NCBI GenBank assembly: GCA_963663275.1
Contig: OY760183.1
Coordinates: forward strand, 960,001 to 1,024,000
Origin: Chloroflexota bacterium
GTDB taxonomy: Bacteria > Chloroflexota > UBA11872 > VXOZ01
Direction of reading: 5' to 3'
Length of the DNA: 64,000 nucleotides
The position numbers and the translations under genes were made by a program. Below the pieces are notes generated by a model, which saw only the letters and a list, made by a program, of their open reading frames with translations, searched no databases and was not told the origin of the DNA. Positions within the stretch are counted from its first letter, which is position 1; each line of letters opens with the position of its first letter. Below, piece after piece: positions 30,655 to 40,626 of this stretch.

Positions 30655-31782
30655 CTAGCGCAGCGGCGCGGCATAGATCTGGCCGCCCTTCGGGCAGTCA
30701 GTGCAGGGCGCGTTCGACCACAAGGCATTGCGCGAGCCTGCGCGCGGCAGTTGGACGCCCTCGGGGTTGTCCAGGTTGCGCGCGTAGATCTCACCGTAGT
30801 TGCCAACCGACTTGATGACGGTCTGGCCCACGAGTTGATCAAGGCCCAGTTCCTCTTGGCCGAAGGAACCCTCGGTGCCCAGCAGGCGCTTCGCTTTCAC
30901 GTTCTCGCCAACGGCGATTGCATCGACGTTCGTCGAGTTGATGCCGTACGCCTCGGCGTAGATGAGGATGCTCATCACGGTCTTCACAATGTCGAACCAT
31001 TGCTCGTCACCGTGCGGCACCACCGGTCCCAGCGGTTCCTCGGAAATCGTCTCCGGCAGGATCACGTGATCGTCCGGATTAGGCAGAGCCGTCCGCAGCG
31101 CGGCAAGCTGGGAGCGGTCGTTCGTGAAGACTTCGCAGGCGCCGCTCTTGTACGACTCCAGCACCACGTCGGTGTCTTCATAGACCTTCGGGTTGTACTC
31201 CAAGCCGTTCTGGCGGAAGAAGTCGGCCATGTTCAGCTCGGTGGTGGTACCGCTGGTCACGCAGACCGCGGCGCCGCCCAACTCGTACGCGCTCGTCACG
31301 CCCAGGCTCTTGGGAACCATGAAGCCCTGGCCGTCGTAGAACATGGTCTGCGCGTAGTTGCCCCACGCGGCATCGCGCGAGGTCGTCCAGGTCACGGTGC
31401 GCACCAGCACGTCCACTTCACCCGACTGGACGGTCGGCCCGCGTTCGGCGGCCGTAATCAGCCGGATTTCGATGGCGTCCGGATCGCCCAGCACGGCCGC
31501 GGCGATGGCGCGGCAGAGATCAATGTCGAAGCCCACGTTGTTGCCGGCTTCATCCACGGAACCATAGCCGGGCACGTCGTTGCGGCTGGCGCAAATCAGA
31601 TGCCCCCGCTCGCGCACGGCGTCCAGGCGCGAAGCCGCGGCCGGCGCCTCCATGGTCTCGGCGGCGGCTTGGGTTTCCGCCTCCGCCTCGGCCGGCGCCG
31701 CATCTTCTTGCGCGCACGCCGCGCTGAACAGCAGCGCCAGCATTACGCCTAAGACGATAAGATACTTACCCAACACTCTCAT
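30655..31782 (-). CDS. aapJ: Amino-acid ABC substrate-binding lipoprotein (AapJ/BztA paralogue 1)
   Basis: Same motifs as paralogue 2; lipobox SAAC. Confidence 0.88.
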   Translation of the reverse strand: MRVLGKYLIVLGVMLALLFSAACAQEDAAPAEAEAETQAAAETMEAPAAASRLDAVRERGHLICASRNDVPGYGSVDEAGNNVGFDIDLCRAIAAAVLGDPDAIEIRLITAAERGPTVQSGEVDVLVRTVTWTTSRDAAWGNYAQTMFYDGQGFMVPKSLGVTSAYELGGAAVCVTSGTTTELNMADFFRQNGLEYNPKVYEDTDVVLESYKSGACEVFTNDRSQLAALRTALPNPDDHVILPETISEEPLGPVVPHGDEQWFDIVKTVMSILIYAEAYGINSTNVDAIAVGENVKAKRLLGTEGSFGQEELGLDQLVGQTVIKSVGNYGEIYARNLDNPEGVQLPRAGSRNALWSNAPCTDCPKGGQIYAAPLR

Positions 31783-32014
31783 GGCAGTGCCTCCTAAGAC
31801 TGCAAAATGCCCCGTCGCAATTGTTGTCCTCTATTATATTGAGTGCGCTAGCCACTTGCAACCAGACCGGCGGCTCCGGCGGAAGCGGTTGATACGGCAC
31901 TCAAGCCCGTAGTCAAGCGCCGAAGCCGCGCGCGGACGCTTCAGGCCGTTCGCTTTGCCCCTTCTTGGTCTCTCTGAGGCCAGTCCGCCGCCGGAAACAC
32001 GCTCAGCCGGTTGC

Positions 32015-32950
32015 TCAACCCGCCGCCACGGTCTGCCGCGCCAGCACCGCCTCCGCTTCACGGGTGGAGCGGTCGTGGTATTCCTCCCAATTCTCCAGGC
32101 CGTACTCGCGCTTCATGCGCGCGATGGGCCAGGCGTCGTCGTTGGATTCCACCATGAACACGCCGTCGTCGCGGGTGCCGATGATGGTCACTCTACTGCC
32201 GAAGTCCGACTGTATTTGGCGAATCTGCTCGTATTGCTGGTCGTAGTGGAAGACCTCGGCTTCCAGATCCACCGTGCTGTGCGCCACGTGCACGCCCAGG
32301 CCGCTGGCGGCAATCTCGTCGCCCAGCTTGTTGATGATGCGGGAGCGGCCGCCGCTGACCGACGAGACGACGAGGTAGTTGTTCAGCCAGGCGTACGCCC
32401 GCAGCCGCAGGCCGCCGTCGCACATGCTGGGAAAGACCACCAGTTCAGCCCCAGACTCGCCTATGCGCGCCCACTCGTCAGGGTAGTCCACGTCGAAGCA
32501 GATGAGCATGCCCACGGCGCCGAAGTCGGTCTGGAATACCGGCACGTCCGTGTACACGCCGGGCACGGTGCCCGCCTCGAGTTCGCCCAGCGTCGGGTGA
32601 ATCTTGTCGTACTGGCCGGTGATTTCGCCCTGGCGGTCGAAGAGCACGCCGGTGTTCACGCGGATGTTGCCGCGCACTTCGCACATCCCCGCCGCCACGT
32701 ACATGCCGTGCTGGCGGGCTTTCGCGGCGAAGAGGTCCGACGTGGGCCCGGGAATGGCTTCCCAGGCTGCTTCACGCTCCGCTTGCGGCACGCCCAAGAG
32801 GGTGAACTCTTCCGGCAGGCAGGCAAGATCGGCGCCCAGAGCGCCCATCCGGTCCAGCAGTTCAACGGCCAGGTCGTGGTTTGCGGCTACTGACGGGCGG
32901 CCCGTCATGTGGGCGACGCAGGCGGTCGCCACCAACGCTTTGCGCGGCAT
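32015..32950 (-). CDS. Carbon-nitrogen hydrolase (nitrilase superfamily)
   Basis: Glu-Lys-Cys triad: CLPEE, YDKIHP, LICFD. Confidence 0.9.
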   Translation of the reverse strand: MPRKALVATACVAHMTGRPSVAANHDLAVELLDRMGALGADLACLPEEFTLLGVPQAEREAAWEAIPGPTSDLFAAKARQHGMYVAAGMCEVRGNIRVNTGVLFDRQGEITGQYDKIHPTLGELEAGTVPGVYTDVPVFQTDFGAVGMLICFDVDYPDEWARIGESGAELVVFPSMCDGGLRLRAYAWLNNYLVVSSVSGGRSRIINKLGDEIAASGLGVHVAHSTVDLEAEVFHYDQQYEQIRQIQSDFGSRVTIIGTRDDGVFMVESNDDAWPIARMKREYGLENWEEYHDRSTREAEAVLARQTVAAG

Positions 32951-33054
32951 AGTCTACGCTCCTGTGTGTAAGAAGAACGCAAGGCCCAGGGCAGTGCACG
33001 TACTTGAGTATACTCCATCCCTCAACCCGGCGATGCGGGCTGCAAACCGGGGTC

Positions 33055-33205
33055 GACCCGCGGAACGGCAACCCAGCAGCACACGGGCGCCACGCTCCGC
33101 CAGGACTTTCGGCGCCGCGAATCCCACTCCGGTATTTGCCCCGGTAATGAGAAAAGTCTTACCTCGTTGATCGGGCACGTCGGCAGCGGTGAAATCACTC
33201 GTCAT
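33055..33205 (-). pseudogene. 5' fragment of a short-chain dehydrogenase/reductase
   Basis: VPDQRGKTFLITGANTGVGF...ARVLLGCRS; similarity ends after about 50 aa. Confidence 0.75.
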
Positions 33206-33580
33206 GATTAAGCCCGATTATCAGAATTTCCCGCTCCACTGATAGCCTCGAACGGATTCATTGTACCCGTAGTGTGTGGGGGCCTGTTTCGCGTGGATAG
33301 CTGAGGGTGGCAGGCGATTGGAAACACGGTCTCTTGCGCGCTGGCATCTCTCATGCGCGTGAGCCGGATGCTTGAGGCCGTCTCTCTAACGGTCAAGGTC
33401 GGACCCAATGCCCCGTGTATGGCCGGTGTAGCCGGGAGCGGCCCGCCGGAATGGTGAGGGCGCATTGTGGAACATGCCGGTAGTCTTGTATTGTAGGAAT
33501 CAGAGAGCAAGAACACGGTCGGTCGGGCGCGTGCGCTGTTGCGCAGCCCGGGCGACATAGCGGCACAGTGGAAGCAACAC

Positions 33581-35047
33581 GTGGGCTTCACGATACTACA
33601 CACCAACGACCTGCACGGTTTCGTCCGCGCCACACCCCGCCTGGCGCGTCATGTGCAAGACCAGCGCGCGCAAGGCGGTACCGTGCTCTTCGCGGACGTG
33701 GGCGACTACTTCCGGCTCAAGCGCCACCGGCGGCCGCAAGACGACGATCGCGTGACCGCCTGGACGCTGCGCACGCTTGGCTACGACGTCTTTACCCCGG
33801 GCAACGCGGAACTTTCGCGCTTCGATCCATGGCATCTGGATTTCCTGATTGCGCAGAACTGCGGCGCCATGCTCTGCACCAGCGGCTTCAACGCGCGGCT
33901 GCCCGCCTCCTGCCGGCCTTACCGGCTGTTCACGCTGGACGGCCATCGCGTGCTCTTCATCGGCGTCTGCACGGAAGACAACCACTGGGACATGGCGTCG
34001 CCGGCCAACAATTTCTATCCTTCCGCCCGCCGTTCGGCGGCGAAGACCGCCACCCTGGTGAACGCCTACCGCGACCGGGTGGACATGGTGGTGGTGCTCT
34101 CCCACTCCGGCATGGCGCAGGACATCCTGCTCGCCGAGCAGGTGCCGGAGATAGACCTCATTCTCAGCGGCCATTGCCACCATCCCACGCTGCGGCCGAT
34201 TTGCGTCGGCGATACCAAGATCGTCCAGGCCGGCCTGAACGGCATGTTTCTGGGCCAGGTGGACATAACGTTCGGCAACGGCAAACCCCTGATCGAGTCC
34301 AGCTTGCACACCATAGACGCGGATTCCCCCGAGGATCCGGTGATGGAGCGCCTGCTCCGCTTGCAGGGCCGGCGCAACGACCCCGACATGCTGCGCATCA
34401 TCGGCGAGGCCGGCGAGAACGTGGGGCACGGCTATCTGGCGAGCAACGGCCTGGGCAACGCGGTCACCGACATTTGGCGCGAAGCGACCGGCGCGGACAT
34501 CGCGTGGACGAAAGCCACCTTCATCACGCCGCTCTTCGCCCCCGGCCACGCGCTCACGGCCTGGGACATCCAACTCTGCGTCCGGGGGTTTCCGCTCTCG
34601 AAAGTGCTGACGCTCACGGGCGTGCAGGTGCGGCAGGCGCTGGAACACAGCGTGGCCGATCAGTCCCACGCTTTCCTGCCGCCGGACAGGCGCGACGAAC
34701 TGGTGAAGCAACTCGAGGACGCCTCCGCCCTGCCGGGCTGCAACTTCCTCCACCAGTCCGGTATGCAGGTGCACGTGGACTTGACGAAACCCACGGGCGA
34801 GCGCGTGCAGGACGTCCGCGTGGACGACAAGCCCCTGCGTCCCGAGGCTACCTACCGCGTGGCGATGGACGCTTTTCACGCCAGAGGCGGCTCGGCGTTT
34901 ACGATGCTGGCCGAAGCCCAAAGCCGCGAGGATCTGGACCTGGATAACCCGGTGGAGGCGCACGTGCGCGCCACGGGCACGCTGGAAGGCACGCTGGACG
35001 AGCGGTACCACCTCGCCGGGGCCTCGGCCCTGGCCGCGCTCGCCTGA
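33581..35047 (+). CDS. Bifunctional metallophosphatase/5'-nucleotidase family protein without signal peptide
   Basis: ILHTNDLHG, DVGD, PGNAE, LSHSG, LSGHCH, plus a C-terminal 5'-nucleotidase domain (LEHSV, QSGMQV, ATYRVA). Confidence 0.85.
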   Translation: MGFTILHTNDLHGFVRATPRLARHVQDQRAQGGTVLFADVGDYFRLKRHRRPQDDDRVTAWTLRTLGYDVFTPGNAELSRFDPWHLDFLIAQNCGAMLCTSGFNARLPASCRPYRLFTLDGHRVLFIGVCTEDNHWDMASPANNFYPSARRSAAKTATLVNAYRDRVDMVVVLSHSGMAQDILLAEQVPEIDLILSGHCHHPTLRPICVGDTKIVQAGLNGMFLGQVDITFGNGKPLIESSLHTIDADSPEDPVMERLLRLQGRRNDPDMLRIIGEAGENVGHGYLASNGLGNAVTDIWREATGADIAWTKATFITPLFAPGHALTAWDIQLCVRGFPLSKVLTLTGVQVRQALEHSVADQSHAFLPPDRRDELVKQLEDASALPGCNFLHQSGMQVHVDLTKPTGERVQDVRVDDKPLRPEATYRVAMDAFHARGGSAFTMLAEAQSREDLDLDNPVEAHVRATGTLEGTLDERYHLAGASALAALA

Positions 35048-35071
35048 GCGCGGCGTGAACGTCCGGCGCAC

Positions 35072-35974
35072 GTGACTCGCACGCTGCTTTCCCTTACCGC
35101 AATCGGGGCCCTGGCCGTGGGCGCGTACGGCGTCCTGGTGGAACCCTACCGGCTGCGCGTGCGGCGCTTCCGCCTGCCAATCGCGCCCTTCCAAGACCCG
35201 GATACCGTGGTGCGCATACTCCACGTTACGGATATGCACCTGCGCGGCGGGGACGCGCGGCGCGTGCGCATGATCCAGCGCCTGGCCGGTCTGGAGCCGG
35301 ACCTGCTCCTGCTCACCGGCGATCTCATTCGCGGCGGCCGCGACCCGGAGGCTGAATTGGCAACCGTGCTGGCGGCGCTGGCGCCAATCCGCGCCCGCTG
35401 CGGCGCGTACGCCGTGCTGGGCAACCACGACCACGTGCGCCGCCACCGCGTCGGGGGTTGGCTGGGGCAACCGCTGCGCTTCCACGATACCGGCAATCTG
35501 GTGCGCGCGCTGGAATCCCACGGCATCCGCGTGCTGACCAACGCCCACGCGACCGTGACCGTGCGCGGCCAACCGCTAACCCTGGTGGGCGTGGACGACC
35601 CGTTCTACTGGCTGGACGACGTGCGCCGCGCTACGGCCGGCGCGCCCCGGGATACGCCGCGCCTGCTGCTGGCGCATACGCCCGACGTGGTGCGCGCGCT
35701 GGGCGACGAACGCTTCGACCTGATCCTCTGCGGACACACCCACGGCGGCCAGATCCGCCTGGCGGAGGGCATCGTCTGGCACACGAACACTCGCGAGAAA
35801 CTGCCGCGCAACGCCGGCTTGATGCGCCTGGGGCCTCATTTGGTCTACTGCTCCGCCGGGGTTGGCGTCTCGGTGCTGCCTATCCGGCTCAACTGCCCGC
35901 CGGAGGTCGGCTGGATCGAACTCGCCGCCGCGCCGCGCGCCCAAGCACCCGCATTGGCGGAGCCGGGTCGTTGA
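35072..35974 (+). CDS. Metallophosphoesterase (YkuE/YaeI-like)
   Basis: HVTDMH, LTGDL, VLGNHD, LAHTPD, CGHTHGGQI, RLNCPPE. Confidence 0.9.
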   Translation: MTRTLLSLTAIGALAVGAYGVLVEPYRLRVRRFRLPIAPFQDPDTVVRILHVTDMHLRGGDARRVRMIQRLAGLEPDLLLLTGDLIRGGRDPEAELATVLAALAPIRARCGAYAVLGNHDHVRRHRVGGWLGQPLRFHDTGNLVRALESHGIRVLTNAHATVTVRGQPLTLVGVDDPFYWLDDVRRATAGAPRDTPRLLLAHTPDVVRALGDERFDLILCGHTHGGQIRLAEGIVWHTNTREKLPRNAGLMRLGPHLVYCSAGVGVSVLPIRLNCPPEVGWIELAAAPRAQAPALAEPGR

Positions 35975-36024
35975 TGGTATCTTCCTGATAGGCATTGTGG
36001 CAGCAATTCTCACGCGAGGAAGCA

Positions 36025-37242
36025 ATGAGCACAGCAGAGGTAGCAACGCGCGTCCGCGAACTGGAACCGGATCTGGTGGCCATCCGGCGGCAGATCCACC
36101 AGCACCCGGAGGTCGCCTTCGAACTGGATCGCACCACCCGCATCGTCGCCGACCGCCTGGCGGCCGCCGGCTGGGAGGTGGAAACCGACGTGGGCGGGCA
36201 GGGCGTGGTCGGTATCCTGCACGGCAGCCGTCCCGGCAAGGTGCTCGCCATTCGTCCCGACATGGACGCCCTGCCGTTTCCCGATTGGAAGCAGGTACCC
36301 TACGCCTCGCAAGTACCCGACGTGATGCACGCTTGCGGCCACGACGCCCACACGGCTATCGGCATCGGCATTGCCGAGATTCTGGCCGGGATGCGCGATC
36401 AGATTTCAGGGACGGTAAAGCTGCTCTTCGATCCGGCGGAGGAGACCGGCGGCGGGTCCGAGGCGCTGGGCGGCCCGCCCTGCGGCCCCAAGGCCTTGCG
36501 CGCCGCCGGTGTGCTGGAAAACCCCAAAGTCGATGCTTTGATGGGCTTCCACAACCTGCCGGAAATACCGGTGGGGCAGGTGTGGGTGCGTCCCGGCGTT
36601 ATCTTTACGGGATACGATATGTTTTCCCTGGAGGTCACCGGCAAAGAAACCCACGCCGCCCGCAGACACCAGGGCAAAGACGCCATTCTGGCGGCAAGCC
36701 ACGTCATCCAAACGCTCTACGGCGCCGGTTCGCGCATGGCGCCGTCCAACCAGGTGTTCTCGCTGAACGTCGGCCTCATCGAAGGCGGCAAGGACCACAA
36801 TCTCATTCCATCGACGGCCACAATGCGGGGCACCGTGCGCTGCGGCGATCTGCCCACCCGCGCTGACCTTGGCGCGCGCCTGGAAGCCCTGGCAAAGTCC
36901 GCCGCGGAGAGCGCGGATTGCACCGCGGACTTCACGTTCACGCCCGGGAATCCGCCGGTGGTCAACGACCCCGCCTTGACAACGCTCGTGCACGAGACCG
37001 CGGCCGGTGCGCTGGGCGCGGATAACGCGGTGATCATGGACGCGCCGCTCCTCATCGGCGATACGTTCTGCTTCCTGGCCGAAGGCGTGCCCAGCGTCTA
37101 CTGGCTCTTCGGCTCCGGCAACGCCGACCGCGGCATCACCTACCCGCTCCACCACAGCCTCTACGACCTGGACGAAGCCTCCATCGGCCACGCCCTGCAA
37201 GTGGCGGTAGAAGCATCGCTGGGGTATCTCAACGGCGGCTAA
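36025..37242 (+). CDS. M20D amidohydrolase
   Basis: IHQHPE, RPDMDALP, MHACGHDAH, PAEE, LHHS. Confidence 0.92.
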   Translation: MSTAEVATRVRELEPDLVAIRRQIHQHPEVAFELDRTTRIVADRLAAAGWEVETDVGGQGVVGILHGSRPGKVLAIRPDMDALPFPDWKQVPYASQVPDVMHACGHDAHTAIGIGIAEILAGMRDQISGTVKLLFDPAEETGGGSEALGGPPCGPKALRAAGVLENPKVDALMGFHNLPEIPVGQVWVRPGVIFTGYDMFSLEVTGKETHAARRHQGKDAILAASHVIQTLYGAGSRMAPSNQVFSLNVGLIEGGKDHNLIPSTATMRGTVRCGDLPTRADLGARLEALAKSAAESADCTADFTFTPGNPPVVNDPALTTLVHETAAGALGADNAVIMDAPLLIGDTFCFLAEGVPSVYWLFGSGNADRGITYPLHHSLYDLDEASIGHALQVAVEASLGYLNGG

Positions 37243-37422
37243 GCGCCAGGGCACGGTCGGACCTCGCTTGCCAGCGCACGGTTGGTCCCCGCCCGCACGT
37301 CGTAGCGCGGGGGCTTGTCCCCCGCTTCTTGGCGCGCACTTTGCCCACCATCTCGGGCAAGATGCTTCGCTTGGTTGCCAATAGTACTGTCGAGAACTGT
37401 TGAAACGTGAGGTGAGAGTTCG

Positions 37423-38001
37423 ATGAAACAGCAGATTCCAAGACACAAGGTATTCATCAGCTACTTTCACGAGGACGATCAGGAATATAAAGACCGGCTC
37501 GTCCGGGCGTTGGAGAGCAAGGCTGTCGATAAGTCCGTGAGCCAGGGAGACATTCACGACGAGGGCCTTCATCTGGACGAAATCCGCCGCAGGATACGGG
37601 ACGACCACATCGCAGATGCCACCGTGACCATCGTTCTGATCGGCCGATGCACCTGGCAGCGCAAACACGTGGACTGGGAAATCTCAGCCAGCATCATCGA
37701 TAGGAAAAACAACCGGAGATGCGGCCTGTTGGGTCTCTTGTTGCCGAGTCATCCCGATTACCAAAAGGGGCAGAGCGCTAGAAATCCCCGGCTCATCCCG
37801 CCAAGGTTGGCTGCCAATATATCAGGTCCCGACCCCTTCGCAGTCATCTATGACTGGCCTAGGTCAAAGCTGTCCAAGAAAATCCTGCCGAAGATCCATG
37901 ACGCATTCCAAAGAAGAAGCAAGAAACCATGGCCGGATGACAGTCTGGCCCTGTTTCGAGATAACCGGAAAGGTAATTGCTTGAAGGGTTGGCAAAACTA
38001 G
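37423..38001 (+). CDS. TIR-like domain protein (MTH538/DUF1863, ThsB-like)
   Basis: KVFISY, TVTIVLIG, TWQRKHVDWEI with the conserved Glu. Confidence 0.85.
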   Translation: MKQQIPRHKVFISYFHEDDQEYKDRLVRALESKAVDKSVSQGDIHDEGLHLDEIRRRIRDDHIADATVTIVLIGRCTWQRKHVDWEISASIIDRKNNRRCGLLGLLLPSHPDYQKGQSARNPRLIPPRLAANISGPDPFAVIYDWPRSKLSKKILPKIHDAFQRRSKKPWPDDSLALFRDNRKGNCLKGWQN

Positions 38002-38264
38002 AGGGTTGAACGCCGGTTTGCGGCTGGCGCGCGGAGTGTGGTACGTTGGAAACGCGCCAGTCAAGGCGTTGCCCGTTTCTTCTATGATTCCTCTGTTGCT
38101 TCAATCACAGCCGTGATTCCGTGACTCGCCGTGCACGGAGCGGTCGCGCACTCCCGTCGCACCGATTATCCCCCGCTCTGCCTTAACGCGCTGTCTGCAC
38201 GCAGCATCTCAAACCCGCGCCTATCCTCAGCTCGTCGCGCTCAAAAACGTTAAAGGGTACGCTT

Positions 38265-39869
38265 GTGAAGCGCTTCTTTCTTATGCTTGTACTCGGAGTG
38301 GGCCTAGCCGCTTGCGGCTCATCGGAAGAGGCAGCCGCGCCGCCGACACCGGAAGCGATACCAACCGTCATTAGAGTGACGCAGCCCACGCCGCGACCGA
38401 AACCGACGGCCCGCCCCATGCCGACGCGCGCGCCAAGACTGACGCCGACCCCCGTCCGTGAAATCATCTACGTGGTGCAAGCCGGCGACACCCTCTACTC
38501 CCTCGCCCAACGCTTTGGCGTTGACCTGCAAGCGTTCGCCGCGCACAACCAACTGGCGGATCCACGCAAGATCTACGTTGGTCAACGACTGCGCATCCCG
38601 CCTGCCGCGAGCATAGCGGCAACGCCGCCGGCAAGCCCCACGGCAGTGCGCGCGCACGGTATCGACTGCGCATTTCGTCTCGGCTTCTTGGAGATGTACG
38701 ACCTTATGCCGGCTATTGTGGGCCGGTGCTTGGAAGACGAGCGGTCTACCGCCAGCGGCGATAGCCTGCAAGAGACTACCGGCGGTCTCTTGGTGTGGCG
38801 CAAGGCCGGCAATCAGACTTCCTTCACTGACGGTCACTGGACCTGGATACACGGGCCTGACGGCCTCCAGCGGCGGCGCAACAGCGAACGCTTTGCTTGG
38901 GACCCACCGGACCCCGTGCTGGCCCAGGCGCTGGAGACGCTGCGCGTTACGCCCACCGGAGAGAGGGTCTACGAGCAGTTCATGCGGACGGGCGCCACGG
39001 CGCGCTTCGAACCGCTGGAAAGCATATCTCGCTATTCTTCTTTCCGTAACCTCATCATGGTAAACGAACAGTATCGCAACGAGAGTCCGGAAATCCTTGC
39101 CCACACGCTCATATGGCCGGCGATCGGCTTGTTCAATGCGGCTGAACGGACTCAGACCTGGAGCGTCTGCATGGAGAGTGTAATCGACCGAGAGGTTGCG
39201 CAAGCCCAGTGGTGGCACGAACTGTTCGGCGAACACGGCAAAGGCGACCCTACCGGCTTGGAGCAATGGGCAAACTACGAGGTGACCTTGTTGGTCAATG
39301 AGAGCCTGCGCTATTGGCTGCAACTAAGTCCGCACTATCGAGAACAGTGCGCGCGCTACGGCGCGCCGCCTCAGCGCATCGATCCGGAACTTGCCAAGGC
39401 GTACCGGCGAGCCCTGGTTAACGGTTCTTCCGATTTGGGCAAGGCGGCGGTGGCCATGGTCATTGCCGCTGAAACGGACGTGGAGTTTGCAGAGTCGGAC
39501 GGCTGGAACGGGCGGTATTCAGTCGCCCGCAACCGCATTCAGGTGAGTGCAGAACTCCGGGGCGGGAGCGTCGACGTGCTGGCGGCCGTGCTCATACACG
39601 AGACCATGCACGTGGCGCAGTATCAGATGCGGAGCGGCCGGCGTCTGCCGGCCGAGTGCGTCGAAGATGAGATAGAAGCGTTCGCCGCCGAAGCCCAGTG
39701 GTGGGCGGAGCGGCACGGCGAGGACGGTAAACGCAACCCCAATGAGGCCGAGCATCGAATGAACGGTCTCATGCGCGCCTGGCAATCTGAACTGCTGGAG
39801 GTGTTTGTACTGCTCAGCGACAACTATCAGGAACAATGCTTGGGCGGCGTTGTCGATCCCAGACCGTGA
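38265..39869 (+). CDS. LysM-domain lipoprotein with tandem zincin-like domains
   Basis: Lipobox LAAC, Pro/Thr linker, LysM (YVVQAGDTLYSLA...IYVGQRLRIP), HETMH...EIEAF. Confidence 0.8.
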   Translation: MKRFFLMLVLGVGLAACGSSEEAAAPPTPEAIPTVIRVTQPTPRPKPTARPMPTRAPRLTPTPVREIIYVVQAGDTLYSLAQRFGVDLQAFAAHNQLADPRKIYVGQRLRIPPAASIAATPPASPTAVRAHGIDCAFRLGFLEMYDLMPAIVGRCLEDERSTASGDSLQETTGGLLVWRKAGNQTSFTDGHWTWIHGPDGLQRRRNSERFAWDPPDPVLAQALETLRVTPTGERVYEQFMRTGATARFEPLESISRYSSFRNLIMVNEQYRNESPEILAHTLIWPAIGLFNAAERTQTWSVCMESVIDREVAQAQWWHELFGEHGKGDPTGLEQWANYEVTLLVNESLRYWLQLSPHYREQCARYGAPPQRIDPELAKAYRRALVNGSSDLGKAAVAMVIAAETDVEFAESDGWNGRYSVARNRIQVSAELRGGSVDVLAAVLIHETMHVAQYQMRSGRRLPAECVEDEIEAFAAEAQWWAERHGEDGKRNPNEAEHRMNGLMRAWQSELLEVFVLLSDNYQEQCLGGVVDPRP

Positions 39870-40009
39870 GAATGACGCGTAGCGCGGGGGCTTGTCCCCC
39901 GCCTGAGTGTGAGAAACGGTTCCGCAATGCGCAGGTTGCAAACCTGCGCTACCGGAGAGGTGAGGCGCCGCTTTTAGCGCCACTGTGTATGCGCGACGGC
40001 GCTTATTGG

Positions 40010-40444
40010 CTAATCGAGCGGCAGGTAGGCGAGCAACTCCGGTTCGATGTCTTCCAGCGGCAGCGGCTCGTGGCAGATGGTGACGTCGGGTGACGATTCA
40101 GTGGGGAGCCAGACGGCGCGGGCTACCACCAGGTTGTCCGCCACGAAGAAGACCAGGACGCGGGCGCGGGGGTAGCGGGCGCGGAGGAACGCGGCAAAGG
40201 GCAGGATGCGCGCGGTGCGTTGGGCATCGTCGAGCCCGTGCCAATACGCGATTGACGGTTCGTCCAGCGGCATGGCGATCAGATTGGCGACGCGCACCGC
40301 GCGCCGGTATGCCGCGTCGTCCGCGTCCTCAGCCAGCGCTTCAGGAGCCAGCGAGAGGAAGGCGTCGCAGTTCCAGTGTTCGCGCTTCTGTTCGCGGGAG
40401 ATTTCGTCCGCGGCGTCGCGGGCTTCTCGATTATTGCCTGCCAT
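40010..40444 (-). CDS. Hypothetical protein
   Basis: ORF with plausible composition from ATG 40444; the upstream extension is REP sequence. Confidence 0.55.
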   Translation of the reverse strand: MAGNNREARDAADEISREQKREHWNCDAFLSLAPEALAEDADDAAYRRAVRVANLIAMPLDEPSIAYWHGLDDAQRTARILPFAAFLRARYPRARVLVFFVADNLVVARAVWLPTESSPDVTICHEPLPLEDIEPELLAYLPLD

Positions 40445-40626
40445 GTGCCTTGCCTGCCTGTGCCAAGTGTGTAGACGCCGGTCGCCAGCGGGGGACAAGC
40501 CCCCGCGCTACGTGCTTTCCCCTCACCCCGGCCCTCTCCCCAGGGAGAGGGAGTCTAATCGCCTGTCGGCCTGACTACAATGATCCAACCCGTATGGGTT
40601 ATCCAACCCTCATGCTCACGTTGTGC

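Noticed and set aside
37423-39869. Complete Thoeris or other two-gene defence operon
   Set aside because: No ThsA-like or other effector; the next gene is a LysM lipoprotein.
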